Below the pieces are notes generated by a model, which was not told where the DNA came from, ran no database searches, and saw only the letters and a program-made list of their open reading frames with translations. A stretch of DNA of 64,000 nucleotides from contig CAYWIT010000001.1 of NCBI GenBank assembly GCA_964458415.1, positions 120,207 to 184,206 of the forward strand, read 5' to 3'. This document shows positions 48,099-57,968 of this stretch, piece by piece (positions within the stretch are counted from its first letter, which is position 1; each line of letters starts with the position of its first letter). A program made the position numbers and the translations under genes. The stretch comes from an uncultured Rhodospirillaceae bacterium. Lineage in GTDB: Bacteria > Pseudomonadota > Alphaproteobacteria > Micavibrionales > UBA2020.

Positions 48099-48767
48099 AT
48101 GAGGACTCTTTATCATCTCTGGCTCCATCCTTCTTCCCGGAAAGTGCGTCTGGCACTTGCCGAAAAGAAGCTTGATTTTGAACTGAAGATCGAAAAAATC
48201 TGGGAACGGCGGACGGAGTTTCTGGCGTTGAATCCTGCAGGGGATGTTCCCGTTTTGACCGAGCCGGATGGCACGATCCTGACCGACTCGCAGGTGATCT
48301 GCGAATACCTGAACGAGGTTTATAACAGCATTGAGCTTCTGGGCAGTGATCCTCTGCAACGGGCAGAAACACGACGTCTGGTGGCGTGGTTTGATAACAA
48401 ATTCAATGCCGAAGTAACGGATAACCTTGTCGGCGAAAAGATGATGAAGCGTTTTCTGCGCATGGGGGAGCCGCACGGGCCCTCCATTCGCGCCGGTCAT
48501 GCGAATATTCACTATCATCTGGATTATATCGGCTTTCTGACGGAACGGCGGCGCTGGCTGGCCGGAGATGCCTTCTCCCTTGCTGATATCACTGCGGCCG
48601 CGCATCTTTCCGCCATCGACTATATCGGGGATGTGCCGTGGAATGACCACAAGGCGGCCAAGGACTGGTACGTCAGGATCAAATCACGTCCGGCTTTCAA
48701 GCCGTTGCTGGAGGATACTATTCCCGGGTTTCCGCCTCCCGGCCACTATCAGAATCTTGATTTTTGA
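48099..48767 (+). CDS. Glutathione S-transferase family protein
   Basis: 222 aa. Thioredoxin-like N-terminal domain (LALNPAGDVPVL) plus helical C-terminal domain. Confidence 0.85.
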   Translation: MRTLYHLWLHPSSRKVRLALAEKKLDFELKIEKIWERRTEFLALNPAGDVPVLTEPDGTILTDSQVICEYLNEVYNSIELLGSDPLQRAETRRLVAWFDNKFNAEVTDNLVGEKMMKRFLRMGEPHGPSIRAGHANIHYHLDYIGFLTERRRWLAGDAFSLADITAAAHLSAIDYIGDVPWNDHKAAKDWYVRIKSRPAFKPLLEDTIPGFPPPGHYQNLDF

Positions 48768-48787
48768 TTCCGGGGAGCGGCGGGGAA

Positions 48788-49744
48788 ATGGTTTCAGGCG
48801 CACATATTATTGAGCCAGTCCTGCGCGACAAAAAACTTTTTTGTTTCGGCTACGGCTATACCGCGCGTTTTCTGAGCGAGAGGCTGCGTCCTTACGGGTG
48901 GCGGATCGCGGGGACAACGACGATGCCGGAGAAGCAGGAGTTTCTTGAGAAAATCGGGGTTGAATCCTTTTTGTTCGATTCCGGCCATGCCATCATGGAT
49001 CCCTATCAAACTTTTCGGGATGTGACGCATATTCTTCTTTCCATTCCGCCGGGGGCGGAAGGGGATGCCGTCGCGGAAATTCACGGCCTTGATATTGCCG
49101 AGATGCCGCAGCTGGAATGGATCGGATATCTTTCCACGACCGCCGTTTACGGCAATCAGGATGGCAACTGGGTGGATGAAACAAGCCAGCCCGAACCGTC
49201 CAGTCGCCGGGGCTCCCTGCGGTTGAGGGCGGAACAGCAGTGGCAGTCGCTCTGGCTCAATTACGGGATTCCGCTGCATATTTTCCGTTTGGCGGGGATC
49301 TACGGTCCGGGGCGCAGCGCGATCAATTCCATTCGGGCCGGAACGGCGCGCCGTATTGAAAAACCGGGACATGTGTTTAACCGCATCCATGTCGAAGATA
49401 TCGTGCAGACACTGGTCGCGTCGATGAACAAGCCAAAGCCGGGCAGCATTTACAATCTGGCAGACGATCTGCCCAGTCCGAGCCATGAAGTGATTTCTTT
49501 TGCCTGTAACCTGATCGGCGCGGATGTGCCGCCGCTGGTTCGTTTTGATGAAACGGAAATGGCGCCCATCGTGCGGAGCTTTTACAAGGACAACAAGCGT
49601 ATTCGCAACGAGCGCATCAAGGCCGAGCTGGGGGTGGAGCTGCTCTATCCTGATTATCGTGTGGGGCTTCAGGCCTGCCTGGAGACGGAGGAAAGCGATG
49701 CGGCCTTCCTTGAATTCGAGCAGCCGGACGCCTCAGCGGGGTAG
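48788..49744 (+). CDS. NAD(P)-binding SDR/epimerase-family protein
   Basis: Rossmann-like N-terminus (KKLFCFGYGYTARFL) and extended-SDR-like body. ATG at 48788 preferred; the tracked TTG at 48764 is also possible. Confidence 0.65.
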   Translation: MVSGAHIIEPVLRDKKLFCFGYGYTARFLSERLRPYGWRIAGTTTMPEKQEFLEKIGVESFLFDSGHAIMDPYQTFRDVTHILLSIPPGAEGDAVAEIHGLDIAEMPQLEWIGYLSTTAVYGNQDGNWVDETSQPEPSSRRGSLRLRAEQQWQSLWLNYGIPLHIFRLAGIYGPGRSAINSIRAGTARRIEKPGHVFNRIHVEDIVQTLVASMNKPKPGSIYNLADDLPSPSHEVISFACNLIGADVPPLVRFDETEMAPIVRSFYKDNKRIRNERIKAELGVELLYPDYRVGLQACLETEESDAAFLEFEQPDASAG

Positions 49745-49760
49745 GCTTTCACTGTTTTTC

Positions 49761-49789
49761 TTGACATTCTGATGGAAATAAGAACAAAT
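49761..49789 (+). promoter_or_regulatory. Sigma70-type promoter of the Y-family polymerase gene
   Basis: TTGACA-N17-ACAAAT. The -10 element overlaps the LexA box. Confidence 0.4.
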
Positions 49790-49796
49790 AGAGAAC
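49782..49796. promoter_or_regulatory. Alphaproteobacterial LexA (SOS) box GAAC-N7-GAAC
   Basis: GAACaaatagaGAAC read directly, 34 nt upstream of the polymerase ATG. Confidence 0.55.
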
Positions 49797-49829
49797 ATAT
49801 ATTGTCGTTCTCTTCAGTTCGGAATAGTC

Positions 49830-51107
49830 ATGTCTTTCGCCGCTCCTAAGGAATTGCGCTGGCTTTACGTTGATTTCAACAGCTATTTCACCAGTGTGGA
49901 GCAGCAGTTGCAGCCACGGCTGCGCGGAAAGCCTGTCATCGTTATTCCTGCGGAAACGGAATCAACCTGCGCGATTGCCGCCAGCTATGAGGCGCGTGCT
50001 TTCGGCATCAAGACGGGAACGCCCGTTTATGAGGCACGAAAAAAATGCAAAGAGCTGATTTGTGTGCTGGCGCGGCATGATCATTATGTGTCCTTTCATC
50101 ACCGTATTTTGGAGGAAATCGACCGCCATATCCCCGTGACGGCGGTGTGTTCAATAGATGAAGTGGCCTGCCGTTTGATGGATAACGAAACCGCGCCGGC
50201 CCGCGCCATGGAAATTTCCCGCGCGATCAAAGCAGGTCTGGCAAAAAATATCGGAGAATATCTGCGTTGTTCCATCGGGATCGCGCCCAACCGCTATTTG
50301 TCCAAGATTGCCACCGATATGCGAAAGCCGGACGGATTGACCGTACTGCCGCCGGAAGATTTGCCCCACCGGCTGGAGGCGCTGAAGCTTCGCGATCTTC
50401 CCGGGATCGGCGTCAATATGGAGGCGCGGCTCAACCGTGCTGGAATTTGGGATATGAAAGCCCTGCTCAATTTGCAACCCCGGCATTTGCGCGCGGTCTG
50501 GGGCAGCATTCAGGGGGAGAAGATGTGGTATCTGCTGCGGGGGTATGATCTGCCGGAGCAGGAAACGCGGCGCAGTACCGTGGGGCATAGTCAGGTTTTG
50601 GCGCCGGAATTGCGCTCTCCTGCCGCGGCGTGTCAGGTCGCGCGGCGGCTGGTCATGAAAGCGGCGGCTCGGTTGCGGCGTATGGAGTATTATGCCGCGG
50701 CGTTTTCGGTGTCGTTTTGCTGTGTGGATGATGCGCGCTTTGGTCTGGAGGCCCGCTGTGCGCCGGCACAGGACAGCTTTTCTTTTTTGCGGATGCTGGA
50801 ATCCCTCTGGCAGGAGATGGCGCATGAATCCGGGGACCGCCGGATCAAAAAGGTTTCTGTTGTGCTGCATCACTTAACGCCCGTGCAAGGGCGGCAGGCG
50901 CAGGGGGATCTGTTTGCAACCGTAGCCTCTGCTGGAAAAGACAGGCATGAACGGTGTGAAAAAATTTCCCGTGCCATGGATGTGCTTAATCAAAAATTCG
51001 GGCGCGATACGGTCTTGCTGGGGATGGCGCCAGCGCAGGGGCAATCTTTTTCCGGGACCAAAATTGCTTTTACGCGCATTCCTGATCGAGAGGAGTTTTT
51101 GGAGTGA
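49830..51107 (+). CDS. Y-family DNA polymerase (DinB/ImpB-type)
   Basis: 425 aa. N-terminus WLYVDFNSYFTSVEQ, palm motifs, LRDLPGIG HhH motif. Confidence 0.85.
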   Translation: MSFAAPKELRWLYVDFNSYFTSVEQQLQPRLRGKPVIVIPAETESTCAIAASYEARAFGIKTGTPVYEARKKCKELICVLARHDHYVSFHHRILEEIDRHIPVTAVCSIDEVACRLMDNETAPARAMEISRAIKAGLAKNIGEYLRCSIGIAPNRYLSKIATDMRKPDGLTVLPPEDLPHRLEALKLRDLPGIGVNMEARLNRAGIWDMKALLNLQPRHLRAVWGSIQGEKMWYLLRGYDLPEQETRRSTVGHSQVLAPELRSPAAACQVARRLVMKAAARLRRMEYYAAAFSVSFCCVDDARFGLEARCAPAQDSFSFLRMLESLWQEMAHESGDRRIKKVSVVLHHLTPVQGRQAQGDLFATVASAGKDRHERCEKISRAMDVLNQKFGRDTVLLGMAPAQGQSFSGTKIAFTRIPDREEFLE

Positions 51108-51285
51108 TTCCCTGCTTCCGGATTCGCAGCGGGTAAAATGTTAATATTTTTCATAATTTAATAAATGCCCCTGTGGATAAGTTGTTGTAATCCCCCATTA
51201 AAGCGCTAAAATTTATGTAAATTATTGCCAAAAGGCCTGTTTTGCGCTACAAAACCGATCTGTTCAGGCAAAGAGTAGTGAAAGA

Positions 51286-53238
51286 TTGAAAGCGCAAATA
51301 ACGCAAAAACGACTGTATAGCCTTTTGGGATTGATGACGGCGCTCCTTGTTTTTGCAGGCGCGCAGGGGGCGAAGGCTGTTCCGCCGCTCCCGCTGAAAA
51401 AGCCGGTTCTTCAGGCAGAGGGGCAGGCCGGCGTTGTGGCTGTGCCGCTGCGCAAGCCCGTTGCCGGGTCAGCAAAAGCCGTCGCTGTTGCGCCTGTTGC
51501 TGAAGGGGAATATCAGTCGGCGACTTTTATGCACCGTATTTTCGACCAGTTTACGTCCGGCAAGCGTCTTTCGGAGGAGGATGCCGCGCGCTATGCCCAT
51601 ATTTTTGCTTTTCAGGATATGGGGGATTTTACGCGGGCAGATGCCGAAATCAGGAAGTTGCAGAGCCGCCGTCTGATCGGTTATGTATTGCGGCAGCGCT
51701 ATCTTCACCCTGATTATACGGCGCAATACGCGGAACTGGCCGCGTGGATGAAAAGCTTTGCCGATCATCCGGGGGCGCAGAATATTTATGAGCTGGCCCT
51801 GCGCAAAAAGCCGAAAGAGGCCGCCGTACCGGCAGCTCCCAAGCCGGCAGGCCGTGGCGTCTATGGGCAACATGACTTTGATGTCGGCCCCTTGGCGCAG
51901 CCTTATATGCGGGAACAGAAACTCTCCTCCCGACAAAAAGATCTGTTGCGGCGCTTGCGCGGACGTCTGGGCGATAGCCCCACAGCGGCCCTGAAAATGC
52001 TGGAAGGCTCCGGTGGCCTGTTCAGTCCGATAGAACGGGCGGCCTTGCGCGGTGAAATCGCTGAATCCTATTTTTATAATGGCAAGGTCGAGAAAGCCTA
52101 TGCGCTGGCCAGAGAAAGTTCGGACAGTGCCGCCGCAGAATTGCCGATGTCGGGCTGGATCGCGGGACTGGCCGCGTGGAAGACCGGAAAATACGGCGAG
52201 GCGGCCCGTTATTTTGAACGCGCCGCTACTTCAGAGCGCTCTTCCGCCTGGCTTGCTTCTGCCGGGGCGCATTGGGCGGCCCGTGCGTGGCTGCGGGCGC
52301 GTCAGCCGCAGAAGGTAAACGGCTGGTTACGGCGCGCGGCGGAACATCCCCGGACATTCTATGGCATTATTTCCATGAAGGCGCTGGGCATGGACCGCGG
52401 GAATTTTAACTGGGACACGCCGGAATTGACCGATCGTTCTGTGCGGGCGCTGGCTTCTGTTCCGGCGGGACGGCGCGCTGTGGCGCTGGTGGATGCGGAA
52501 CAGCCCGAGCTTGCCGCGCTGGAATTGCGCCAGATTAATCCGGGTAAAGATGATGTATTGCGCGAGGCGATGATCGCGCTGGCGCAGCAGGTGCGGGTTC
52601 CTTCCTTTTCCCTGCAACTGGGCAGCTCTTTTGTTTCTTCGAAGGGCGAGCTTTATGATGCCGCGCTCTATCCTGATGCTCCCTGGGCGCCAGAGGGGGG
52701 GTATGATGTTGATAAGGCGCTGGTTTATGCCTTCATCCGGCAGGAGTCCCGCTTTGAACCGGGCGTAAAGAATAAGGCTTCCGGCGCGACGGGCCTGATG
52801 CAGCTGATGCCGGCCACGGCGCGTCATGTTGCGCAGATAACGGGGCGGGATATCTCCGGAGAGAGCCTGCTGGATCCTGAGGTGAATATTTCATTGGGGC
52901 AAAAGTATCTTGCGGAGCTGCTGGAGAATAATCTGGTCGATAATAATCTTTTCCGTCTGGCTGTGGCCTATAACGCCGGTCCGGGGAAACTGGCACGATG
53001 GGAGAAGAATGTCAGTTATGATGACGATCCGCTTTTGTTCATCGAATCCATTCCCGCCGGAGAAACGCGGATGTTCGTTGAAAGGGTTTTGGCCAATTTC
53101 TGGATCTATCGCATGAAATATGATCAGGATACGGTTTCCCTCGATAAAGTGGCGGAGGGGGAGTGGCCCGTTTACGTTGCGCAGGATATCCGCCGCGGTC
53201 TCCGTTTTGCTGATGCGGCGACGTTTTTTTCGCGCTAA
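51286..53238 (+). CDS. slt: Soluble lytic murein transglycosylase (Slt70-like)
   Basis: 650 aa. Signal peptide (TTG start), helical superhelix region, SLT catalytic motif RQESRFEPGVKNKASGATGLMQLMPATA. Confidence 0.85.
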   Translation: MKAQITQKRLYSLLGLMTALLVFAGAQGAKAVPPLPLKKPVLQAEGQAGVVAVPLRKPVAGSAKAVAVAPVAEGEYQSATFMHRIFDQFTSGKRLSEEDAARYAHIFAFQDMGDFTRADAEIRKLQSRRLIGYVLRQRYLHPDYTAQYAELAAWMKSFADHPGAQNIYELALRKKPKEAAVPAAPKPAGRGVYGQHDFDVGPLAQPYMREQKLSSRQKDLLRRLRGRLGDSPTAALKMLEGSGGLFSPIERAALRGEIAESYFYNGKVEKAYALARESSDSAAAELPMSGWIAGLAAWKTGKYGEAARYFERAATSERSSAWLASAGAHWAARAWLRARQPQKVNGWLRRAAEHPRTFYGIISMKALGMDRGNFNWDTPELTDRSVRALASVPAGRRAVALVDAEQPELAALELRQINPGKDDVLREAMIALAQQVRVPSFSLQLGSSFVSSKGELYDAALYPDAPWAPEGGYDVDKALVYAFIRQESRFEPGVKNKASGATGLMQLMPATARHVAQITGRDISGESLLDPEVNISLGQKYLAELLENNLVDNNLFRLAVAYNAGPGKLARWEKNVSYDDDPLLFIESIPAGETRMFVERVLANFWIYRMKYDQDTVSLDKVAEGEWPVYVAQDIRRGLRFADAATFFSR

Positions 53239-53306
53239 TTGGTTAATTTCTTTAGTTTAATGTAATTTATATTTACATATACTTGTAGATTGTATATGTT
53301 CGTTTT

Positions 53307-55340
53307 ATGCCCAAAAACACGAAACAGCCCGGTGATGTGCCTGCGTCTGTAAAGCTTGCTTTGCAAGCTCTGGAGATTCTGCGCAATGAAGACTCGGGAC
53401 AGGCAACTGCCATCGAGAAAATTCTGCCCGGCTATGCGCATAAACTGGAAAAATCCGGTGCGGAAGTAACGGTGGAAACGCTTCTGAAGGCTGGGCGTCA
53501 GGGGCCGGAATATTTGAAGCACGATGACCGGAATGGCTCCCCTCAAAAAGAAAATGCGCTGGAAGCGTACAAGCGGATTATAGCGGGGATGTCACCGCAG
53601 CGTTTTCATCACAGGCATAGCGCCTCTGAAAAGAGAACCCTTGAAAAGGTAAAAAATCTTGTTGAACAGGGCGCAGATGAAAGAGATCTGCGTTTTGAAC
53701 TGTTCAAGGCGGCGGGAGAGGGAAGCGTCGAGGTTTTAAGGTTTTTGATCGCGCAGGGCGCCGATGTCACGGCGGGGGATAATCTGGCTATTATAACGGC
53801 GGCGCGCCAGGGGCATATGGATATCGTGCGGGTGCTGGTTGAAAACGGCGTGGAGGCGTCTGTTGCGTGTAATATGCCTGTCATAGCAGTGATCGCTGGC
53901 GGGCATATCGATATGGTGCGATGGTTGATTGAAAACGGCGCCGATGTAGCCGCCGGTGACAGTGAAGCGGTGATGGTCGCGGCCGCACGCGGGCATATCG
54001 ATATAGTAAAGCTGCTCATTGAAAATGGCGCGAACGTTACGGCGCAGAGCAATCGGGCTATCATTGAAGCGTCGCGGTCTGGACATACTGATATAGTAAA
54101 ACTTCTCATCGAAAATGGCGCGGATGTTTCCGCACAAAATAACAGTCCCGCGAAGGTGGCGCTTGTGAACGACCACATTGATACGGTCCACCTTCTTGTC
54201 ACGCAGGGGGCGGATAGATCCTTTATGGGTATCGCCCGCTTTACGACGATAAGGGCTGATGTATTGGAAGTTTATGACAGGAGGCAGGCTGTCTGGCAAA
54301 AGGTTTTGCACATGCCGCCGCCCAAAGGGGTGCATGAGGAAAACCCGGCTTACTTCAAGAAAACGTGTTTTGAGGCGGTTGTCAGCATGCTCGCAGAGGA
54401 AGGGTGTACAGGGAACGCCGCCAATGTGATGGCCTTCCGCGCGGCGGCGCTGTTCCAGTCAGAGCAGCGTGTGCTGCAATATCTGGAACGCTGGGGCAGG
54501 GCTGGCAGGCAGCCGTTGCACGATTTAATGTACATGATTAAATTGCCGGAGGCGGGCGCGCCGAATCTGAAAGACTGGGGCGATGCCGTATTGAAATGCG
54601 GCCCTTCCATGGCGCAGTTGTTAAAGTTCAGCGACAGGATTCCGTCACCCTTGAAATCCGATGATGGCCGGACGTGGTCGATGGTCAATACCCGTGCCGA
54701 ATGCGCCAAACATTCTTTTTACAGGGCGGCAGAGCATCCGGCTCTGGCGGCATTGTGCTTTGAACACAGGGTTGCCGAAGATGATTTTATCGAGGCGCTG
54801 GAATTGGTTAAAAAAGGACCGTCCACGGTCAAGACTGTTCCGGAAATAACGATCGCGGGTCAGAAATTCGATATGGAGGGCGGGAAATTTTATCGCCTGC
54901 CGGTCAATGATATCCGGGGGTTGTTTCTGGGCGAGGCCACCGATTGCTGCCAGTCTATCGGGAATACAGGGGGCCCTTGCGCGGAGCATGGCTATACCTC
55001 GCCAGACGGCGGTTTTTTCGTTGTTGAAAATGCCAAGGGCCGTATTGTCGCGCAGACCTGGGCCTGGCGCGGTGAAAACGGCGAGATGTGTTTTGACAGC
55101 CTCGAGACGCTGGGAAATAACGTGACGGCGGAGCAATGGAAGAAAATCCTGCAGGAAGCCGCAAAGGATCTGACCGCGCGTAAAGATCATGACGTTTCTG
55201 CCCTGCATATCGGGACGGGCGGAAATACGCCCGATAAGGCGCTGCGGAAAGCCTTTAAAAAATCGGCTACTGCCCATCCACGGGACTATTCGGGCTATCG
55301 TGATTCCAAAGGCGCGCAGATCGTGGTGTGGCAGCGGTAA
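53307..55340 (+). CDS. Ankyrin-like repeat protein (677 aa) with unknown Cys-rich C-terminal domain
   Basis: About six tandem repeats of type AARxGHxDIVKLLIENGADV, then a ~370-aa domain I cannot assign (EATDCCQSIGNTGGPCAEHGY...). Confidence 0.85.
   Translation: MPKNTKQPGDVPASVKLALQALEILRNEDSGQATAIEKILPGYAHKLEKSGAEVTVETLLKAGRQGPEYLKHDDRNGSPQKENALEAYKRIIAGMSPQRFHHRHSASEKRTLEKVKNLVEQGADERDLRFELFKAAGEGSVEVLRFLIAQGADVTAGDNLAIITAARQGHMDIVRVLVENGVEASVACNMPVIAVIAGGHIDMVRWLIENGADVAAGDSEAVMVAAARGHIDIVKLLIENGANVTAQSNRAIIEASRSGHTDIVKLLIENGADVSAQNNSPAKVALVNDHIDTVHLLVTQGADRSFMGIARFTTIRADVLEVYDRRQAVWQKVLHMPPPKGVHEENPAYFKKTCFEAVVSMLAEEGCTGNAANVMAFRAAALFQSEQRVLQYLERWGRAGRQPLHDLMYMIKLPEAGAPNLKDWGDAVLKCGPSMAQLLKFSDRIPSPLKSDDGRTWSMVNTRAECAKHSFYRAAEHPALAALCFEHRVAEDDFIEALELVKKGPSTVKTVPEITIAGQKFDMEGGKFYRLPVNDIRGLFLGEATDCCQSIGNTGGPCAEHGYTSPDGGFFVVENAKGRIVAQTWAWRGENGEMCFDSLETLGNNVTAEQWKKILQEAAKDLTARKDHDVSALHIGTGGNTPDKALRKAFKKSATAHPRDYSGYRDSKGAQIVVWQR
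53640..54221 (+). repeat. Tandem 90-nt (30-codon) ankyrin-like coding repeats
   Basis: GH/DH positions at residues 170, 200, 230, 260 and 290 give an exact 30-aa period. Adjacent units share long nucleotide identities (…catatcgatatagtaaagctgctcattgaaaatggcgcg… / …catactgatatagtaaaacttctcatcgaaaatggcgcg…). Confidence 0.8.
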
Positions 55341-55343
55341 TTT

Positions 55344-55790
55344 TTATTTCGGCACGGGGGTTTTGGCGGGGATCGCCTGGCGGGCCAGAAGATCGGCACG
55401 CTCGTTTTCGGCGTGGCCGTTGTGACCTTTGACCCAGATCCATGAAATATGATGTTGTGGCAGCAGGGTGTCGAGCGCCTTCCAGAGGTCGGGATTCTTG
55501 ACGTCCTTTTTATCGGCGGTTTTCCAGTCGCGCTGCTTCCAGCCGGAGAGGTACTTGGTAACGCCGTCCATGACATATTTGCTGTCGGTGTGGATAGTGA
55601 CGTTGCAGCGCTCGGTCAGTGCGGCGAGCCCTTCAATGACGGCAGTCATTTCCATGCGGTTGTTGGTGGTATCCGCTGCTCCGCCGGACAGTTCCTTTTC
55701 ATGCCCGTTATAGCGCAAAATCGCTCCCCAGCCGCCGGGACCGGGATTGCCGCTGCAAGCGCCATCCGTGAAAATATCAATTTTTTTCAT
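55344..55790 (-). CDS. rnhA: Ribonuclease HI
   Basis: 148 aa. [39 protein letters not shown]. Confidence 0.95.
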   Translation of the reverse strand: MKKIDIFTDGACSGNPGPGGWGAILRYNGHEKELSGGAADTTNNRMEMTAVIEGLAALTERCNVTIHTDSKYVMDGVTKYLSGWKQRDWKTADKKDVKNPDLWKALDTLLPQHHISWIWVKGHNGHAENERADLLARQAIPAKTPVPK

Positions 55791-56755
55791 GGCAGGAATC
55801 CATAGGCTTCGGGGGTCGCGACGTTCCGGTGAAACCGCAAGATGCGGACATGTTCCAGCGGATCTTTCGCCGTTACGTGGGCGCCTGCTGCGGGGTGAAG
55901 AAAATCATAAAGACGGGTGGCGACAATACGGAGTGCTGCGGCGCGCCCGAACAGGGGCAGCAGGGATATTTCTTCCGGGGAGAGCGGCCGGACGCGGTGA
56001 TAGGCGGCAAGCAGGGCTGCTGTTTTCTTCAGGTCGGGTTCGCCGGTCGCTTGGAAGCACCACGGGTTGAGCGCCAGCATCAGGTCATAGACAAAAAAAT
56101 CTGTGCAGGAAAAATAAAAGTCGATCACGCCGGACAGTTCTTCGTTTTTAAAAAACACGTTATCGGGGAACAGGTCGGCATGGATGGCTCCGGCGGGAAT
56201 GCCTGCTGTCGGCAGATGGTGCGCCAGAAAATCGAGTTCGGCGGCAAGCTCCGCTTCCAGCCCTGCGGCAATCCCCGATGCTTTCGAGCCGCAGGCGGTG
56301 ATCAGGTTTTGCCAGACCTGTAAAGAGACCGGGTTTTTTCTTTGTGCGGTAAATCCTCCGGCGGCAAGGTGCATTTTCGCCAGCAGGTCGCCTACGGCAG
56401 CACAATGCGCAGGTGTGGCCGATAGCACGCTTTCTCCCGACAGAAAAGTCGTGATGATGGCAGGCTTGCCGCAGAGCGAGGAAACGGGCATCTCGGTTTT
56501 TGTCGGGATAACGCCGGGGCAGGGGATGGATTTTTGCCGGAGATGGTTCATGAAGGCGAGGCAAAAAGGAATGTCTTCCGGCGGTGTGCGCTTTTCGAAA
56601 ATGGTCAGGATAAAGCGGCCCGCGCCGGTCAGGAGATGAAAGTTGCTGTTCTCGACACCGGAAGCAATGCCTTCAAGGGAGACCGGCGCGCCAATGTCAT
56701 AGCCAGCAAGAAATTCCGCGAGGTCGTGTGACGGGACGGGAGTATAAACGGCCAT
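55787..56755 (-). CDS. thrB: Homoserine kinase (ThrB, APH-fold type)
   Basis: 322 aa. MAVYTPV...[11 protein letters not shown]..., [16 protein letters not shown] overlap with rnhA (a common thrB-rnhA pair). Confidence 0.88.
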   Translation of the reverse strand: MAVYTPVPSHDLAEFLAGYDIGAPVSLEGIASGVENSNFHLLTGAGRFILTIFEKRTPPEDIPFCLAFMNHLRQKSIPCPGVIPTKTEMPVSSLCGKPAIITTFLSGESVLSATPAHCAAVGDLLAKMHLAAGGFTAQRKNPVSLQVWQNLITACGSKASGIAAGLEAELAAELDFLAHHLPTAGIPAGAIHADLFPDNVFFKNEELSGVIDFYFSCTDFFVYDLMLALNPWCFQATGEPDLKKTAALLAAYHRVRPLSPEEISLLPLFGRAAALRIVATRLYDFLHPAAGAHVTAKDPLEHVRILRFHRNVATPEAYGFLP

Positions 56756-56761
56756 CGGGAA

Positions 56762-57286
56762 TCAAACGCCGGGAGGGCGGAATCCCTGCGGCGGACGTGG
56801 CGGTGCCGGACGGGTTTCTTTTTCAAAAGGGAAATGCTTGCTGTTGCCTTCAATCAGTCCGGTCTTGCCATGATCGGAAACGCGGTTGCGGGCGTGGTCA
56901 TGCAGGCTTTTCTCAAGGACGGAGAAGCTGCCCTCCGTATCGGTGAAATCGATATCGATCTCGTTATCATAGGGATTGGTCGAATGGATCTGGACGGCGG
57001 GCATGCCGGCAAGGCCGCCGATGCGGATATCGTATTTTGCGTTCAGATCATCCAGATCGTGCATCAGCTGGCTGATGGCCAGTTTTTTTGTGTAGGGGTC
57101 GGCACTGAAGGGCAGGTCAGCGGCCCGCAGGACGGATTCCCTGACTTCATCCGCCCAAAGCGCGAATTCCGGATGATTATCCGGCGTTCCGGCCCCCGGG
57201 GGCAGACGAAAAGCAATCATGTAACCCAGACCGTTTTCGATATGGGCGCTTTTGATTTGTACGGTCAGGCAATAGGCTTTGGCCAT
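56762..57286 (-). CDS. Hypothetical protein (174 aa)
   Basis: ORF 6 nt upstream of thrB on the same strand. No motif recognised. Pro-rich C-terminal tail. Confidence 0.5.
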   Translation of the reverse strand: MAKAYCLTVQIKSAHIENGLGYMIAFRLPPGAGTPDNHPEFALWADEVRESVLRAADLPFSADPYTKKLAISQLMHDLDDLNAKYDIRIGGLAGMPAVQIHSTNPYDNEIDIDFTDTEGSFSVLEKSLHDHARNRVSDHGKTGLIEGNSKHFPFEKETRPAPPRPPQGFRPPGV

Positions 57287-57557
57287 TTTGTTCAGTCCTT
57301 TCGTAGCAATTTCTCAAAACGCATTTCCGCGACAGACCCTCTTATTACACGTGTCCCGTTTAAATAGTTCTGTGAAGTCTTCGAAAGATGGGGGGAGTAT
57401 GAAAGGGATTATGATTCTGCGCAATCGGAAATCCCGGATATTGTCCTGCAAGCCAACAATTTGAAATTATTAATATTTACATATTATGTTGACAGTTTCT
57501 TGAAATTAAGGCAATGTTGGCCTTCATGATTATGAATACCAAAGAACGGAGTGGCAA

Positions 57558-57968
57558 ATGGAACAATCGGTAAATTCCCGTTATATGGCGCAGCTTGAAG
57601 AATTAACACGGCTCATGAGTTTTTTTAATGAGAAGGCAGAAAAGGCCGCTCAACCCACTCTGATCGAGAAGTTTAGAAAGCTGGAACCTGCGAATAGCCG
57701 GGGCCAGCTTGACTATAAAAAATACGCTGCGGAAATTGACCCGGTCTTGGCCCTTGCCATGCAAGATAAGCCGGACGAAGCCAAAAAGCTGTTGCGCCAG
57801 ATTGCGCAGGCCTATATCGCCGAGGCGCAGGACGTTCGGAAAGGTGTGGCTCCGGCACACAGCAGCGATCAGGTAAAAGAAGCGCAACTTAAAAAAGAAC
57901 GAGAAAAGAAAGCGCAGCGCCATGAGCTTTTTGCGCGAAAAATTGCCGAAACCATGGTAAAATTCTAA
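57558..57968 (+). CDS. Hypothetical helical Lys/Glu-rich protein (136 aa)
   Basis: ORF with a GGAG RBS, behind an AT-rich promoter-like region. Its stop overlaps the convergent phosphatase gene stop. Confidence 0.5.
   Translation: MEQSVNSRYMAQLEELTRLMSFFNEKAEKAAQPTLIEKFRKLEPANSRGQLDYKKYAAEIDPVLALAMQDKPDEAKKLLRQIAQAYIAEAQDVRKGVAPAHSSDQVKEAQLKKEREKKAQRHELFARKIAETMVKF

Noticed and set aside
49807-49820. Second GTTC...GTTC pair just before the polymerase ATG
   Set aside because: The spacing is N6, not the N7 required for the alphaproteobacterial LexA box.
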